Source of the DNA: Octopus sinensis
Lineage: Eukaryota
Length of the DNA stretch: 64,000 bases
Reading direction: 5' to 3'
NCBI RefSeq assembly: GCF_006345805.1
Contig: NC_043000.1
Span: 106,206,001 to 106,270,000, forward strand
Below are positions 26,251-39,536 of the stretch, in pieces. The notes under the pieces were generated by a model, which was given only the letters and a program-made list of their open reading frames with translations, was not told the DNA's origin and ran no database searches. A program made the position numbers and the translations under genes. Each line of letters begins with the position of its first letter. Positions within the stretch are counted from its first letter, which is position 1.

Positions 26251-26650
26251 TGTAGTGACTCCTGGTGGATACGACGACAAACAAAACGGAAAAGGGATGT
26301 AACGAAATTAATCTCCCTCGAGCTTCTAGAATGTTCGAGATTCTTCTAGAACTTCCGGTGGTTTTACGCGGAAGTCGGGGGCTTCCGGTCCATCCCTATA
26401 TAAAGGAAGGAAATTCTAATTCGCGCCATTCAGTGCATGTTAATTCTTCAACGTGTACTTAAGCCCACTCGTTCGCCTTTCTTACCTGGAGACATGTGAT
26501 TGCAGACAGGACACATTCATGTAATGTTATAAGCTTCTTTCAACTAACCTTGTATGTGAACGTATTATCTCCAATAATAAAAGTTATGACTTAATACAAG
26601 CGCCTCGTGTATTCTATCCTCTCGATGTTATGAGCAGATACGGTGACTTC
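26251..26650 (+). mobile_element. Probable Gypsy 3' LTR (3' boundary uncertain)
   Basis: Polypurine tract aagaggagagtga then TGTAG; internal TATAAA (~26397) and AATAAA (~26576). Confidence 0.6.
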
Positions 26651-26999
26651 CTTCTCCCTCATACTGGCTAAATTATAGTGTGCCATTAAGCCAATGTTAC
26701 CACTAAAAATGGATAACACCGACATCACTATACAAGTAAACATCAACAAACTAGTTAAAACCTCTTGCAAAGAGAAAAAAGTAGTATTAGCCATTGGTTA
26801 ATATTATTTTGGTATTACCTGGTATCTGAGGTAATTGGTGGTGATCTGTGTCAGTAAACAATACGAGGAGTGAAGAACTCGAACATTTCGGATAATTGTT
26901 CTTTTTCTCCCGAAACACAGAGAGAGAAGGAGGAGAGAAAGAGATAGAGAAGAATATATAGAGAGGTTTTGTCATCTTGGACGCAAAACTGCAGATGAG

Positions 27000-27260
27000 A
27001 AAATAGAGTGGTCTAGAGGGGATGGAGTGGAGGAAAAGCAAGGTGTTAGTAAGAGTAGTGTGAGAGCTATACGATGAGAGAGGAAGTAAAACCTGAGGAA
27101 GGAGTGGTAAAAGTTTGTAACACGATCCCTTAAATGAAAGAGGTGGTGATGAGCCATGTCTGATGAGGCAGGAGATAGAGAAAAATTCGGGCAAATGAGG
27201 TAATAGACGAAAAGACAAACAAGATGAGAGCGAGAGGAGTAAAAAGGATATGGTTTAGCA
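27000..27260 (+). mobile_element. Possible Penelope-like 3' remnant
   Basis: WRKSKVL...PLNERGG followed by CTGATGA; very decayed. Confidence 0.3.
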
Positions 27261-28629
27261 GTGAATTGAAATCAGTAAGGAGTGGTTAAAAAGTAGAGAA
27301 TTAAGAAGCTGTAAGGAATGTTTTTTTGAAAATTAGAATCTAGGATATGTATGTTGCCAGAATTATAAACAAAAAATCTTCTGGGAAGTAGAAATGCGAC
27401 GAAAATTATGATGATAAATGGACACCTCTCGGTCAGCGGACTGACACCGCAGACTAAGAGGTGACCTAGTGGATTCAAGTGTCTAGTTATCAGTTTTAAG
27501 GATTCACGGAGTGTAACAACGTTCAGTGAACGGCCAGTAGATGCTCACTGAACCTGTCTTCTGAACGGTGACTCGTATCTCTTAAGTATAGTGTATTGCA
27601 GAGTTTGAGAGCTATAAAGTATATTGGGTTAGAGGGAGTTCAATGAACGTAGTCGAGCATGCTGGCACAAAAAGGAACCGGTATTTTTTTATATCCATGA
27701 AGAGAATTAATATAGTTTCAAGAAGGATGGAAATGGAGTTGAAGAAGTACCAATTTTGATCAATTTTGGCGTATTTTCAGTATTAGATTCCTCTTATTTA
27801 GATCTTTTAAGAATGCTATTCTGGACTAATTTTTCTCAAAAATAACAGAGATATATGATGACTTAAAGACGGATTTAGGCCTTACTTTTCTACTGTACCA
27901 GTTTTGACGTGGTTTACACGATTAGATTCCTCTCGTTGTAATCTTTTATGTAAGAGGAATTAAAAGAAAAATAATAAAAAATATATAAATAAATATATAA
28001 GGCAACTATACTGCGTAGAAGTTGCGTCTATACGTTACTCCCCCATCTCTTAATATATCTTATCGTAACTTTTTCACCCAGCCAATTTTCTTTTAGAATA
28101 TTTCAAAATGTAGCAGAACACAGATTTTTCAATGAACCACTGTTGATTTTCCTCTCTCCCTCTCTCTCTCTCTCTTTCTCCTCTCTCTTCCTCCTCTCCC
28201 TCTTTCTTCCTCCTCTCTCACCTTTTCACTCTCCCTTTCTTCCCTTTCTCTCTCTCCCCTCTCTCTCTTTCTCCCCTCTCTCTCTATATATAAACACATA
28301 TTGAATGCATATTTATATTCAATGTGTGTGTGTGTGTTATAATGTGGATCCTGCAGCCTTTTACTACATTTTCAACTTCCTTGCCCATTTTCGGCCAATA
28401 TATATAACTGTGCATAAGCGCTTTCATCCTTGCGATACCTGGATTTCCAATAAGGAATTCTTTCTACATTCTTTTTTGTAGAGACTCAGGTATCACTAAC
28501 CCTTTGGCCATACATCAGTACACCGTCGCATATTGAATATGTTTACCTCTTGCTTTTTCTTACCGAATATTTTTTGTTTTGCTTTTTTCGTTGAGCACCT
28601 AGCTTGTTTTTTTTCTTTTTTTGTTTAAT

Positions 28630-29930
28630 TGTCTTTTGACGCATGCCGCTTTATCTCCTCCAGAGTTTTTGGTAACTCTCGTACTATGTTCCACATTATG
28701 TGTTTAATTTTCCCTTCGGCACTTAGGGCTGCTAACACTGTGTCCTCGAATGGTTTGCCATTTCTTAGTTTAGTAGTATGGTGCCTCATCACAGCAACCT
28801 GCTTGCTGTATGTACTGAGATTCCTTTCTTGGATCCATAAATGGTTAGCAACGGGTGAAGGTCTGTTTATAGTCTAAACCGTCTACCATGTATAAACCTG
28901 TGGAACTTTTTTATGCCAAATATAATCACCAATGCCTCTTTTTCAATTTGACTAATTTTTTTCCGCTGGCACCTACTCTGTACTCACTAGCATCTCTTAC
29001 CAATATCGTTTCCAACTTTGGATCGAAGTATGTAAGCGGCAAGCCTGAAGTTAACATGCTTTTTAGTTCCTCAAATGCCTTCTGGTTTGCCTTCTGGCAT
29101 TTTTCTAACTAAAACCATTTAGTATCCTTTTTTAACAGCTGGTTTAGTGGAGGCCTTGTGTTGTATATGTTCGGGATATATACTTGATAGTAGTTTACTC
29201 AGCCTAAGAATGCTTGTAACATTTTGACATTCGTTGGCGGGGAGCATATTCCGTATTGCCGTCTCCCTTGATGGGTCTGACGTTCGTCCCCTTTCGTCCA
29301 TTACTTGATCCAAATATTCTATTTTTTTTTCATCGAAAATTCACACTTTTCCTCTGTTAGTCTAAACCCATATTCATTTATTTTTCCGAATACTTTTTAA
29401 TATGTTCGAAGTGTTGCTCCACTGACTCGCTCTTTATCAAAATATCATCGAGATTAGCGATAGCGAAGTTGCAATCATTTAACATTGCATTCATCACTTG
29501 TTGGAATATGATAGGTGCCACTCTTACTCTAAAAGGAAACAGCTTGAATTTATCGAACCCATGGTGCGCGATGATTGTTAAAAAGTGTGCGCGGTCTTCC
29601 TCTACTGGTATCTGTAGGTAGACCTCCGAGAGGTCTAACTTCGAGAAAATTTTTCCTCCACTTAGTTTTGAGAACACTTCTGGGCTTGGTAATGGATAGT
29701 TGTGTTCGAGTAAATAGTCATTTAATCCAGTTGAAAAATCTGCACACACTTAGTTTATTATTATTATTTTTTCCATTACATAAACCGTCGGAGTGTCCAG
29801 TCTGAATGGTCGACTTTTTCACTTATAGCTAAACTTTCTAGTCTTTCTAGCTCTTTATTGACCTGATCCAACACCGCAAATGGCACATTCCGTTTGGGAC
29901 ATTCCGTTTTACCGCGATCCTTACTTTTGT
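28630..29930 (-). mobile_element. Gypsy pol remnant (RT + RNase H region)
   Basis: RNVPFAVLDQVNKELERL, CADFSTGLND, YPLP..E.FSKL.GGKIFSKLDLS, APIIFQQVM, LDDILI; downstream RNase H-like remnants. Confidence 0.9.
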
Positions 29931-30199
29931 TTTAGTGCAACAGCCTAATCCTTCCAAAAAAGAACATTGGAAACATTAAAAAAAATTTTTATCTCAGTTA
30001 TTCGAACTTTGAACCGTGCCGACTACATTTTTACAGAGAACACTAATGGAGGTATCCCATATTTTAAATAACTGCATGCATTCTGTAGCGAATAGGTTTA
30101 GTGACCTCGAAAAGTTACATTGCAAATACATTCGCCGATGAAATATAATTTCTTTCCTGTAACACCATATGCTACTTTATTTTATTTAAATAATTTCGG

Positions 30200-32880
30200 C
30201 TGACAGGTTTGTGTGCCATGTTTCCTGGATAACGCAAGTAAAGAGGCGGTGGAGTTATGCCTCCGTTCAGTTTGGAACGACGTGGCATACGTCACAAGAG
30301 GAGCAAAGTATGCCAGAATAGAAGTCCGTTTCAAAACCGAGGAAAAGGCAAAACAAGCGTCGACGACTTATCTTGGAAGACTCACTTCCAAGATTAAGGT
30401 AGGATACATCTCACCCAAAATATGGTGGCAGCCATAATAAACGGCTTGGAGGATAAGATCGCAATTCTCCAAGCCTCAGCGCTGGGACTGCAGGGGTAAG
30501 GCCTCGAAATGATTATACAGGCTGCCCCGGCTGATTTAGAAAATATTATAGAAACTATACAGGTCGGATGGGGACTAAGCTGCAAGTCACGGTAGAGGGC
30601 GGAAGCCTCGTTGCTACAAGTGTGGTCAAAAAGCCCACATTAGGACCGAGTGCCAACCTCCCCCACCAAAAAAAGCAGCGTCTCCCCCACCTGTAGAAAA
30701 ACAAACGGAAGAAGCTGCGGGTGAAACGCATGAAGAAACTTCTGGAAATGAAACAGAGGAAGAGGAGATGGAGGAAGCCCAAAGAGAAAGGTGGGAGATT
30801 AAAAGGACCCAAACAAGGGGGATATTATAGATATTTTCAGGCCCATCACTCTGCTTAATGCAGAGTTGACGATTGTGGCCAAGGTGTTAGCAAAAAAGGT
30901 TGGCGCGTGTCGAGTGTTGAATCGTCGGGAGGGGCAGATACATACACGACAATCTCCACTTTCTACGCTACACCTTAGAGAGGGTTAACGGGTCTCCTGG
31001 CAAGGGTGGGGCGCTGGTCCATTTAGACCAGTCCAAAGCTTTTGACAGGGTTGACCATCGGTATCTGGTGTTGGTCTTTGCAGCATTCGGGCTCAGCCCC
31101 GTCTTCCGCGGGTGGATCATTGCTTTATACAGCAACATCGACTCGATCGTTCGGATGAACGGGTTCTTCTTGAAGCCGTTCAACATCAAACGCTCTGTTC
31201 GTCAAGGGTGTCCTCTCTCCCCACTTCAGCGTGTGTTGGCTCTAGAGCACTTACTATGGAAGTTGAAGGGCTTGAAGTCGCCCCACAAGATCTAGTTTGC
31301 AGTAGGAAGGTTTCGGCGTACGCGGATGACATCAACATCATCGTGTCCGAGGTGGTACGCCTACAGAGGGTAGGCAACGCCATTAAGGACTACGAGGCGG
31401 TGGCAGAAGCAAAAGTTAACCGGGATAAGTCAGTTGGCTTGCAACTCAGTACCTGGAGAGGCAAGACGGCACCTCCCAACAACGCCGTAGGGCGTAGGAC
31501 GGAGGGACCTGTTAAAATGCAAGGAATTTGGTTTGGTTTGGTCCAGACCTCCAGATAAAGTAGAATTGGAGCGAGGTGACGAGCAGGGTGACCCACCTAA
31601 CTCAGACCTGGTCTGTGCGGCGGCTATCCCTGAAAGAAAAGGTGGAGGTTGCAGGGGTGTTTATCGCTTCTGTGATTACCTACCTCCTAACCGTCGTGCC
31701 TTGCCCCCGTTCGTGGCTGATCAAGTTGGAGCGGCTGCTCTTCCGCTTTTTGTGTAAGGGTAAAAGTCGTCTTGTAAAGCGCTCTGTCTGCTGCCAGCAC
31801 CCGCTAAAGGATGGGCTATAGATGCCTTGACTGTTGATGCACAGACATGCGCTGAAGTTGAGGCATCTGTGGCTCTACCTGGATGGTGAACAGGTGTGAT
31901 CTCCGTTCGTTCGGTCGTTACTTCCTGAACTTACTAGTTTGAGTGAGTTAGGACCTTGGATCAAGTGTAGACTAAAGTTGTGTGCTTGGCAAGCAGGGTG
32001 TCGTGAGGAACTCAAGCTTCTCTATCACACGGACAACGCCAGCGGCTGGGGTTTTGCCACGTCTTTCTATAGAGGTAGAGGCTCAGTGTGATGACGTCTT
32101 GGGGGAGACTCTAGGCTTCGATGATGGTCAACTAGCCGGCCTGTTCCGAAGGACATACGGGCTAGGACCCTTGGATCACTTCCAAAGATCCCTGGCCTGG
32201 CAGTGTTGCCGAGGAGCAATAAAATCGCAAGGCATGGTGCCTGTTGCGCACCCACGTGCCCGGGATGCGAGCAGGACGGAGAAACCGTTCTGCACGCGAA
32301 TGTGCAATGCCCCCAAATTTCCGAAATGTGGGCTTACGTTGAACACGGCTGGGAATAGTACAACTGTCTTCCGAGTCGAATGTAATGATTGTTCCTCCTT
32401 CCTCTTTTAACAAAAAAGCAAGGCTTGTTTTCTCGCTGTGGTCGCTATAGCGAAAGAAGTGGTATGGAAGGCCCGCGTAAAAGTAATTATGACCGGTATC
32501 TTCATCTCCAGCCTTGGACTGGTTAATTTCCTTATTTACCACCTTAGAGGAAAATAAGGGTGGAGAGAAAATGCCTGTCACCTGGTGTGTATGGAAAAAG
32601 ATGGAAGGCTGTAGCGAGTTTGTTGAGAATGAATGAAACTGCATAGTATATCCATAAGGTTATACAAAAGGTTACAGTTGTGGCACGGGGCTTGCGGGGG
32701 TCGAAGCGAAACCCGTCCCCCACTTCATTGTATGTGTTACTGTTTTTTATCATCCGATTTATATTAATTTTTAACTTTAATTTTTAACTATTCATCTTTT
32801 GTAAAATCATTCTTTTTATCGACCCCTCCCTCATTTGTATCGTCCCCTCTATATTTGGCCTCCTGTGAGCAATAAAGAAA
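30200..32880 (+). mobile_element. Tx1/L1-clade LINE: ORF1 with CCHC knuckle, RT and 3' end; endonuclease region absent
   Basis: CYKCGQKAHIRTEC (30612-30653); ITLLNAEL, LDQSKAFDRVDH, SVRQGCPLSPL, AYADDI; ends aataaagaaa. Confidence 0.9.
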
Positions 32881-32889
32881 TAGTTGTTA

Positions 32890-33843
32890 CAATCATCTGA
32901 AATAGAACTGTCAAAGCGCGATATTCGAGCAATTTTGCTATTCAACTTCAAAAAAGGACGTAAAGCAGCTGAAACTGCTTGTGATATCAATGAAATGTTT
33001 AGTGAGGAAATGGCCAGTGAGTAGTCAGCTCGAAAATGATTTCGCAGTGGAGAACTGAGCCTTGGAGTTCGTGAGCGGAGTGGACGTCCACATGATTTGA
33101 ATGAAAATCCGAAAATACGCAGATATGAAATTTGCTCGTCGCTTCGTCTCTGTAACCAGACCGATCCATTTCTCGACCGTATTGTAACTTGCGATGAAAA
33201 GTGGATTCTCTACAATAATAAAAATCGATATTCGCAATGGTTGGACCAAAATGAAGCACCGAAAGCCTTCCCTAAATCCGAGCTCTTCAAAAGAAGGTTA
33301 TGGTGAGTGTTTGGCGATGTACTGCTGGACTCATGCACTATAACTTCTTAAAACCCTGTAAAGCCATTACTGCAGAAACATATTGCCATGAAATTGCGAA
33401 AATGAACGTAAAACTGCTACTCCTCCGTCCGAGACTGGTCAATAGAAGAGGGCTAATCATTCTTCATGACAATGCTCGACCACACGTTTCACTAATGACA
33501 CTAATGAAACAAGTTGAGGGAACTTGGCTACGAAGTTCTTCTCCACTCAACTTATTCCCCAGACTTTTCTCCTACCGACTACCACTTTTTCAAGCACCTT
33601 GACGGTTTCCTGCGACATAGGAGTCCAAAAGTCAAACCGATACTGAAAGTGCGTTCAAAGAGTTCATCAACTCCAGAACTCCTCATTTTTATGTTACCGG
33701 AATAAATAAACTTGCAACTTGTTGGCAAAAATGTGTTGATTGTAATGGTACTTACTTTGATGAATAAAATTTCCGCATCGTTGAAATATATTGTGATGAA
33801 TTTCATGTTTGAAAACGTTGCTTACTTTTTGCTCAACCTGGTA
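32890..33843 (+). mobile_element. Internally deleted mariner (Hsmar1/cecropia-like)
   Basis: ILLFNFKKGRKAAETA, RSGRP, RIVTCDEKW, HDNARPH, YSPDFSPTDYHFF; 3' TIR-like ttactttttgctcaacctggta. Confidence 0.88.
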
Positions 33844-34234
33844 CTTATAGTTCATAGATAAGAATCGGATATTTTTCGTATAGAATATATTTAGTATTAC
33901 TCAAGAAGTTTAAACTTGACCAAGTAGAGTAGTAAATATAAGGATAAGTTAGGCAGGTCGGTATACAAAAAATATTAAATACATTAGATATAAAAAAAGT
34001 ATATATGTTTACACAAAAAAAGGTCCGACTTAAAATAAAAATATCAAGAATTAAAGGGGTTGAAGAAGAGTATTACAAATCCAGCAGCTGTTTGGGGGGG
34101 CTCGGTAGTCCAAAATAATGATTGTAAATTGATTCCATCGTCGGATGATACGAGCTTCCATCTTCAGAGAAGCAATCTTACGTTTGAGGTGTTGATAGAA
34201 AGGAGATTAAAGATGGAATATATATATAGTGGAT

Positions 34235-34500
34235 CTTCCAAGTATGAAGTGGATTCGATCCATCATAGCCAAATTTAAATTAACACTTCAACAGAACTTT
34301 TCCCACGGTGGAACAATGATTTTTCTCTGACAGCAGTTTTACATTTTCAAAATGCTGTTAGCTAGGCCGAAATAATGTCTTCACCACTTGACCCTTTCTA
34401 ACCTCTTCTACTTCACCAAAAGATAGAATAAAGATAACAAGACCACCAACTAAATCTATTGTTCTCAATGATATGTCTATCCTTCTGGATAGCTATAAAA
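34235..34500. repeat. Dispersed repeat; inverted second copy at ~54510-54750
   Basis: gaagtggattcgatcc...ccaaatttaaatt...aaatctattgtt aligns by eye to the reverse complement of 54510-54750. Confidence 0.8.
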
Positions 34501-34851
34501 GTAAGAACCCCCAAGCAAGAACCAAGTAGTCACTTGGCGACAACTGAGCGAGGCAGCGCGTGGCGACTCAATTAGTTAAGGAACAGACTGCTAGAATCAT
34601 GATCAAAAGGAATGCCTCTACTAAAGATAATGGTCAGCGAGAGAAATGAAATTTACTGTCAGCAACTGTGAGACAACACCCTGATAAATCCAACGTAAGG
34701 TTATGTAACGTAATGGTAAATAAATACTTTCTTAAAACTTCATGCATTGTTCATCTTTCACATCTTACAACTTGCCGTCATAACAATTTTTATCGTTACA
34801 ACAGCTGACTCCGACAAATCATAATATTGTGTAACTAATCAATATATACCG

Positions 34852-34915
<64 letters not shown>

Positions 34916-34917
<2 letters not shown>

Positions 34918-35086
34918 GGTTGTGTGGCAAGTAGCTGCTTACCAGATTGTTCCGGGTTCAGTCCCACTGCGTGGCACCTTGGCCATATGTCTTCTACTAT
35001 AGCCTCGGGTCGACCAAAGCCTTGTGAGTGGATTTGGTAGACAGAAACTGAAAGAAGCCCGTCATATATATGTATATGCATATATA

Positions 35087-35119
<33 letters not shown>

Positions 35120-35340
35120 TTGTGTGACTGTCTTTGCCCTCCCCCCCTCCAAAATCGCTTGACAACCGATGGTGATGAGTTTACGTCCCTGTAACTTAAC
35201 GGTTCGGCAAAAGAGATCGATAGAATAAGTACTACGCTTACAAAGAATAAGTCCTGGGTTCGATTTGCTCGACTAAAGGCGCTGCTCCCGTATGGCCGCA
35301 GTGAAATGACTGAAACAAGTAAAAGAGTAAAGAGTAAGAG
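34916..35340 (+). mobile_element. SINE family A, near full-length
   Basis: B-box-like ggttcagtccc, family A body and gtaaaagag tail. Confidence 0.9.
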
Positions 35341-35422
35341 TATATTGAATATATATATATATACATGCATACATACATACATACATACATACATACATAC
35401 ATACATACATACATACATACTA

Positions 35423-35456
<34 letters not shown>

Positions 35457-35457
35457 G

Positions 35458-35491
<34 letters not shown>

Positions 35492-35492
35492 T

Positions 35493-35535
<43 letters not shown>

Positions 35536-35711
35536 AATATATATATACATATACATACATAATATATATATATTGAAAAAATAAGAGAAGAAATGCTTTG
35601 AGAATCTTATGATGGAAAAAATACAGTTTTTGCATTTTTGACTAAGCAGCTACCAATTTCGATCTCTTTAAGAAGACAATATAGTCATACTTCCTGCGGA
35701 AGGATCATTAT

Positions 35712-35884
35712 AGGCGCAGGAGTGGCTGTGTGGTAAGTAGCTTGCTAACCAACCACATGGTTCCGGGTTCAGTCCCACTGCGTGGCATCTTGGGCAAGTG
35801 TCTTCTGCTATAGCCCCGGGCCGACCAATGCCTTGTGAGTGGATTTGGTAGACGGAAACTGAAAGAAGCCTGTCGTATATATGC

Positions 35885-35960
<76 letters not shown>

Positions 35961-36255
35961 GACAGGCTTCTTTCAGTTTCCGTCTACCAAATCCACTCAC
36001 AAGGCATTGGTCGGCCCGGGGCTATAGCCGAAGACATATATATATGTGTGTGGTGTGTGTGTGTGTGTGTGTTGTCCCCCTAGCATTGCTTGACAACCGA
36101 TGCTGGTGCGTTTACGTCCCCGTCACTTAGCGGTTCGGCAAAAGAGACCGATAGAATAAGTACTGGGCTTACAAAGAATAAGTCCCGGGGTCGATTTGCT
36201 CGACTAAAGGCGGTGCTCCAGCATGGCCGCAGTCAAATGACTGAAACAAGTAAAA
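35712..36255 (+). mobile_element. Young SINE family A with an internal inverted duplication
   Basis: Head, (TA)n, inverted ~80-bp copy of head segment, then normal 3' half. Confidence 0.9.
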
Positions 36256-37560
36256 GAAGAAAAAGATAAAAGATACTGAAATAAAAGGAAACAAATTGAA
36301 ATAAACTGAAATAAATTAAATTAATCCTTTATATTATCTGGAAGTTTCTCTTTTCTCTCTCTCTCGCTCTCACTCTCTCCCCCCTCTCTCTCTCTCCTTC
36401 TCTCTTATATAGATCACATAGTTCTTCATTTCGTTTCCTTCTGATTGTTGCTGGGTAACAGATAACTGCAGCAATAGCTGTACTCTGCGGGATTTGAAAT
36501 ATAGTCAAAGTTATGTAAAAAGCTTGATGGTCAAAGCTCGAACGCTATCGATCATAGATCACTTGATACAAGCTGATCTTACTACCATCACAATATCCGC
36601 TGCTGCCAACAGGGCCACCAGAAGAAATTTTTTAAGGTGAAATAAGACAGCTTTCTAGTTCCGGAAAAACTCCTCTCAAAATCCAAGAGGGTTGTGAAGG
36701 TTCCTTTATTATTTGCCCCCCCCCCCCCTGAATCTCTAGGACCGATGTACAGGCTGGACTTAAATCTTAAAGCTCCTGGCCATCACTAACAAATGTTAGC
36801 AACATCAACATCACGAAAACAAATATTTTCAACTCCACTTTATCTGCCGCCAACACCACACCACTACAGAGGAAGCTTCTATTTGGTCGCTCGACCAGCT
36901 AATAATAGTTGCCGATTCTTCTTCAAATCACACTCTTAAGACAAGTTTATGTAGTCCTAGATATTTTGCTTTGAAATATGACACGATAGTCACGGCTGGA
37001 ATGCCTTTTGATCATTGCTCCACTTAACAGTCTACTTACCTGCGACTAAAAGCCACTACCTCCACCATCATCATCCCAAATCCACAACCACTTTAACAAC
37101 TACCATCACCAGAACCACTGCAAAATCATCACTCCCACTATGACCACCACCACCACCACCACTCCCACCACTGCTACCGCAACTACATCATCGCTAGTAC
37201 TATACTACCGATTCCAACATCACCTCCACCACTACTACTACTACTCCCACCACATCAACGGCCACCACCACTAAAGTCAACACCATTACTCCTATCATCC
37301 TCATCATCATCATTATCATCACTATCCTACCAGCATCACTATCAGCACCACCACTTCCGCTACTATCACTCCCACTACCTTAAGCTGTATTATGTAAATG
37401 CAGCATGTAAACATATTATATTATATTCTGTAATATCAGCGCTACGATAGTTACCTTGAACTAAACCGGATATCCGATATAGGTATGGTGTAGTTATTGG
37501 CTTGAATCAACGTTTAATTATTTCATTATCTTTTTACCTTCTCTTCATTCCTACCTTTCT

Positions 37561-37625
<65 letters not shown>

Positions 37626-37628
37626 TAT

Positions 37629-37667
<39 letters not shown>

Positions 37668-37669
<2 letters not shown>

Positions 37670-38317
37670 GAGGCAATGACTAGTGACCGAGGCTTTTAGA
37701 AATATGCTGTGCTTGAGAACACCCGGCAAGCCAAATGAGACCATAACCTCGTGGTCTATGCAAGGGGTGTAACCAGCCCACTTAAGCGTACCTTCCCTTC
37801 ATTGGACACTAAATTCTGCTTGCGAAGACCTGTTGAGGCAAGTGAAATCGAAATCAAATTCGATGACTGGCATCCGTGCTAATGGAGCGCTAAGAGCACC
37901 ATCCGAGCGTGATCGTTGCCAGGACGGTTAACTGGCTTCCGTGCCGAGGGCACATAAAAAGCACCATTCGAGCGTGATCGTTATCAGCGTCGCCTTACTG
38001 GCACTTGTGCCGGTGGCACGTGAAAAGACATTCGAGCGAGGTCGTTGCTAGTGCCGCTGGACTGGCTCCTGTGTAGGTGGCAAGTAAAATACACCATTTG
38101 AGCGTGTCCGTTGCCAGTACCGCCTGACTGACCATCGTGCCAGTCGCACGTAAAAGCACCCACTACACTTTTGGAGTGGTTGGCGTTAGGAAGGGCATCC
38201 AGCTGTAGAAACTCTGCCAGATCAAGATTGGAGCCTGATGCAACCATCTGGTTCGCCAGTCCACAGTCAAATCGTCCAACCCATGCTAACATGGAAATCG
38301 GACGTTAAACGATGATG

Positions 38318-38319
<2 letters not shown>
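37668..38319 (+). mobile_element. RTE-related retroposon 3' end with internal ~65-bp repeat array and (GAT)n tail
   Basis: Start translates to YAVLENTRQAK (cf. AVLEMIHP at 61310); ends ggacgttaaacgatgatgat. Confidence 0.7.
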
Positions 38320-38354
<35 letters not shown>

Positions 38355-38995
38355 TACATTCTGCTAGGGTATAAAAGTGGGGTATTTCCAGAGAAGCGCT
38401 CAACCCAGGTTCAGGGATATCAACAATGTCGGATTCCAGACTAATACCGAAATTCTTCAAGTACAGAAAATCCTGGTTTCCCGATGATAAAACCGTTGTG
38501 CGAGCGTGGCGAAGATGAGCCATATTTCTATATAACTAAATTTCAGCTCAGCTCTAGTTGGAAAAAATTCAGAAGGCGGTTGTTGAGCATGTTAAAATTT
38601 TGAAAGACGGGCTACATTTCCATTACTTACAAGTACTTCAATCTCCTCCTATCGCCCACTGTATATTTTATAGGGAATAAATTTATGACGTTCCATATAG
38701 AATATTCTTCATAAGGAGAGTTAGTATCGTAAAAGGGAGTAAACGTTTACATTTGAATGAAACTTAAAATAATATAATTTTGTATTTCATTTCCAACTGC
38801 AGCTGCAACATCTTTAAGCTTCCACGTCTTTTTGTAATGTACTTTTGCAGGTTCAATTAAATAAGAATAACATGACTCCTGCGCCTGCTTGTCCACTCAT
38901 TTTGTATGCAAAGAAATATGCCCACGGCATGTGGCGTAGTGGCTAAGAGCGCGGGCTACTAAACCCAAGATTCCGAGTTCGATTTCAGGCAGTGA

Positions 38996-39030
<35 letters not shown>

Positions 39031-39042
39031 TTAATAATAATA

Positions 39043-39364
39043 ATGGAGAAACTTTCAAAATACAAAGACCTGGAAATAGAGGTAACCAGAATGCGGAATC
39101 TAAAAACAGAAACAATTCCTATCATAGTAGGTGCATTAGGCATGATAAAAAAATATTCAGACAAATACATAACAAAAACATCAGGACTTACAAACACATA
39201 TAACATACAGAAAATTGCACTACTAGGCACTGCACACATCCTACGCAGAACACTTTCCATACAATAACCATCAGAGCATCACAACAAATCACAGCACATA
39301 CCTAAGGCACACAGAGCTGCGCTCGGTAGTGAAGTGAAAGCACGCTATAAAAATAAAACTACTG
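39043..39364 (+). mobile_element. 5'-truncated R4/Dong-type LINE 3' end within (AAT)n
   Basis: EKLSKYKDLEIEV...TIPIIVGALG...IQKIALLGTAHILRRTL*, then 3' UTR; (AAT)n on both sides. Confidence 0.88.
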
Positions 39365-39374
39365 AATAATAATA

Positions 39375-39442
<68 letters not shown>

Positions 39443-39536
39443 TAATAATAATAATAATAATAATAGTAATAGCAACAACAACAACAACATCAAAAAATAC
39501 CTTAGGAATGAGAACACAGGTTCGAAGTTTCTCCAA

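Noticed and set aside
27150-27200. CUGAUGA...GAAA hammerhead-like motif
   Set aside because: No convincing stem II or stem I; kept only as a low-confidence PLE remnant
24946-29930. Single Gypsy provirus joining the integrase/LTR with the RT-RNase H
   Set aside because: The pieces are on opposite strands and in the wrong order, so they are separate remnants
34130-34175. Minus-strand CUGAAGA-UGGA...UCC-GACG hammerhead-like motif
   Set aside because: GAAA core is broken and stems I and III are unsupported
37740-37860. HDV-like ribozyme in the RTE-related element
   Set aside because: P1- and P2-like pairing can be drawn, but P3, P1.1 and the catalytic junction could not be formed
37892-38160. 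CRISPR-like repeat/spacer appearance
   Set aside because: The variable parts are homologous to each other, the repeats are imperfect, there are no cas genes, and the context is a eukaryotic retroposon
38925-39000. Genuine tRNA gene (also other SINE heads)
   Set aside because: A and B boxes are present but there is no complete cloverleaf or acceptor stem, and the sequence continues into SINE body
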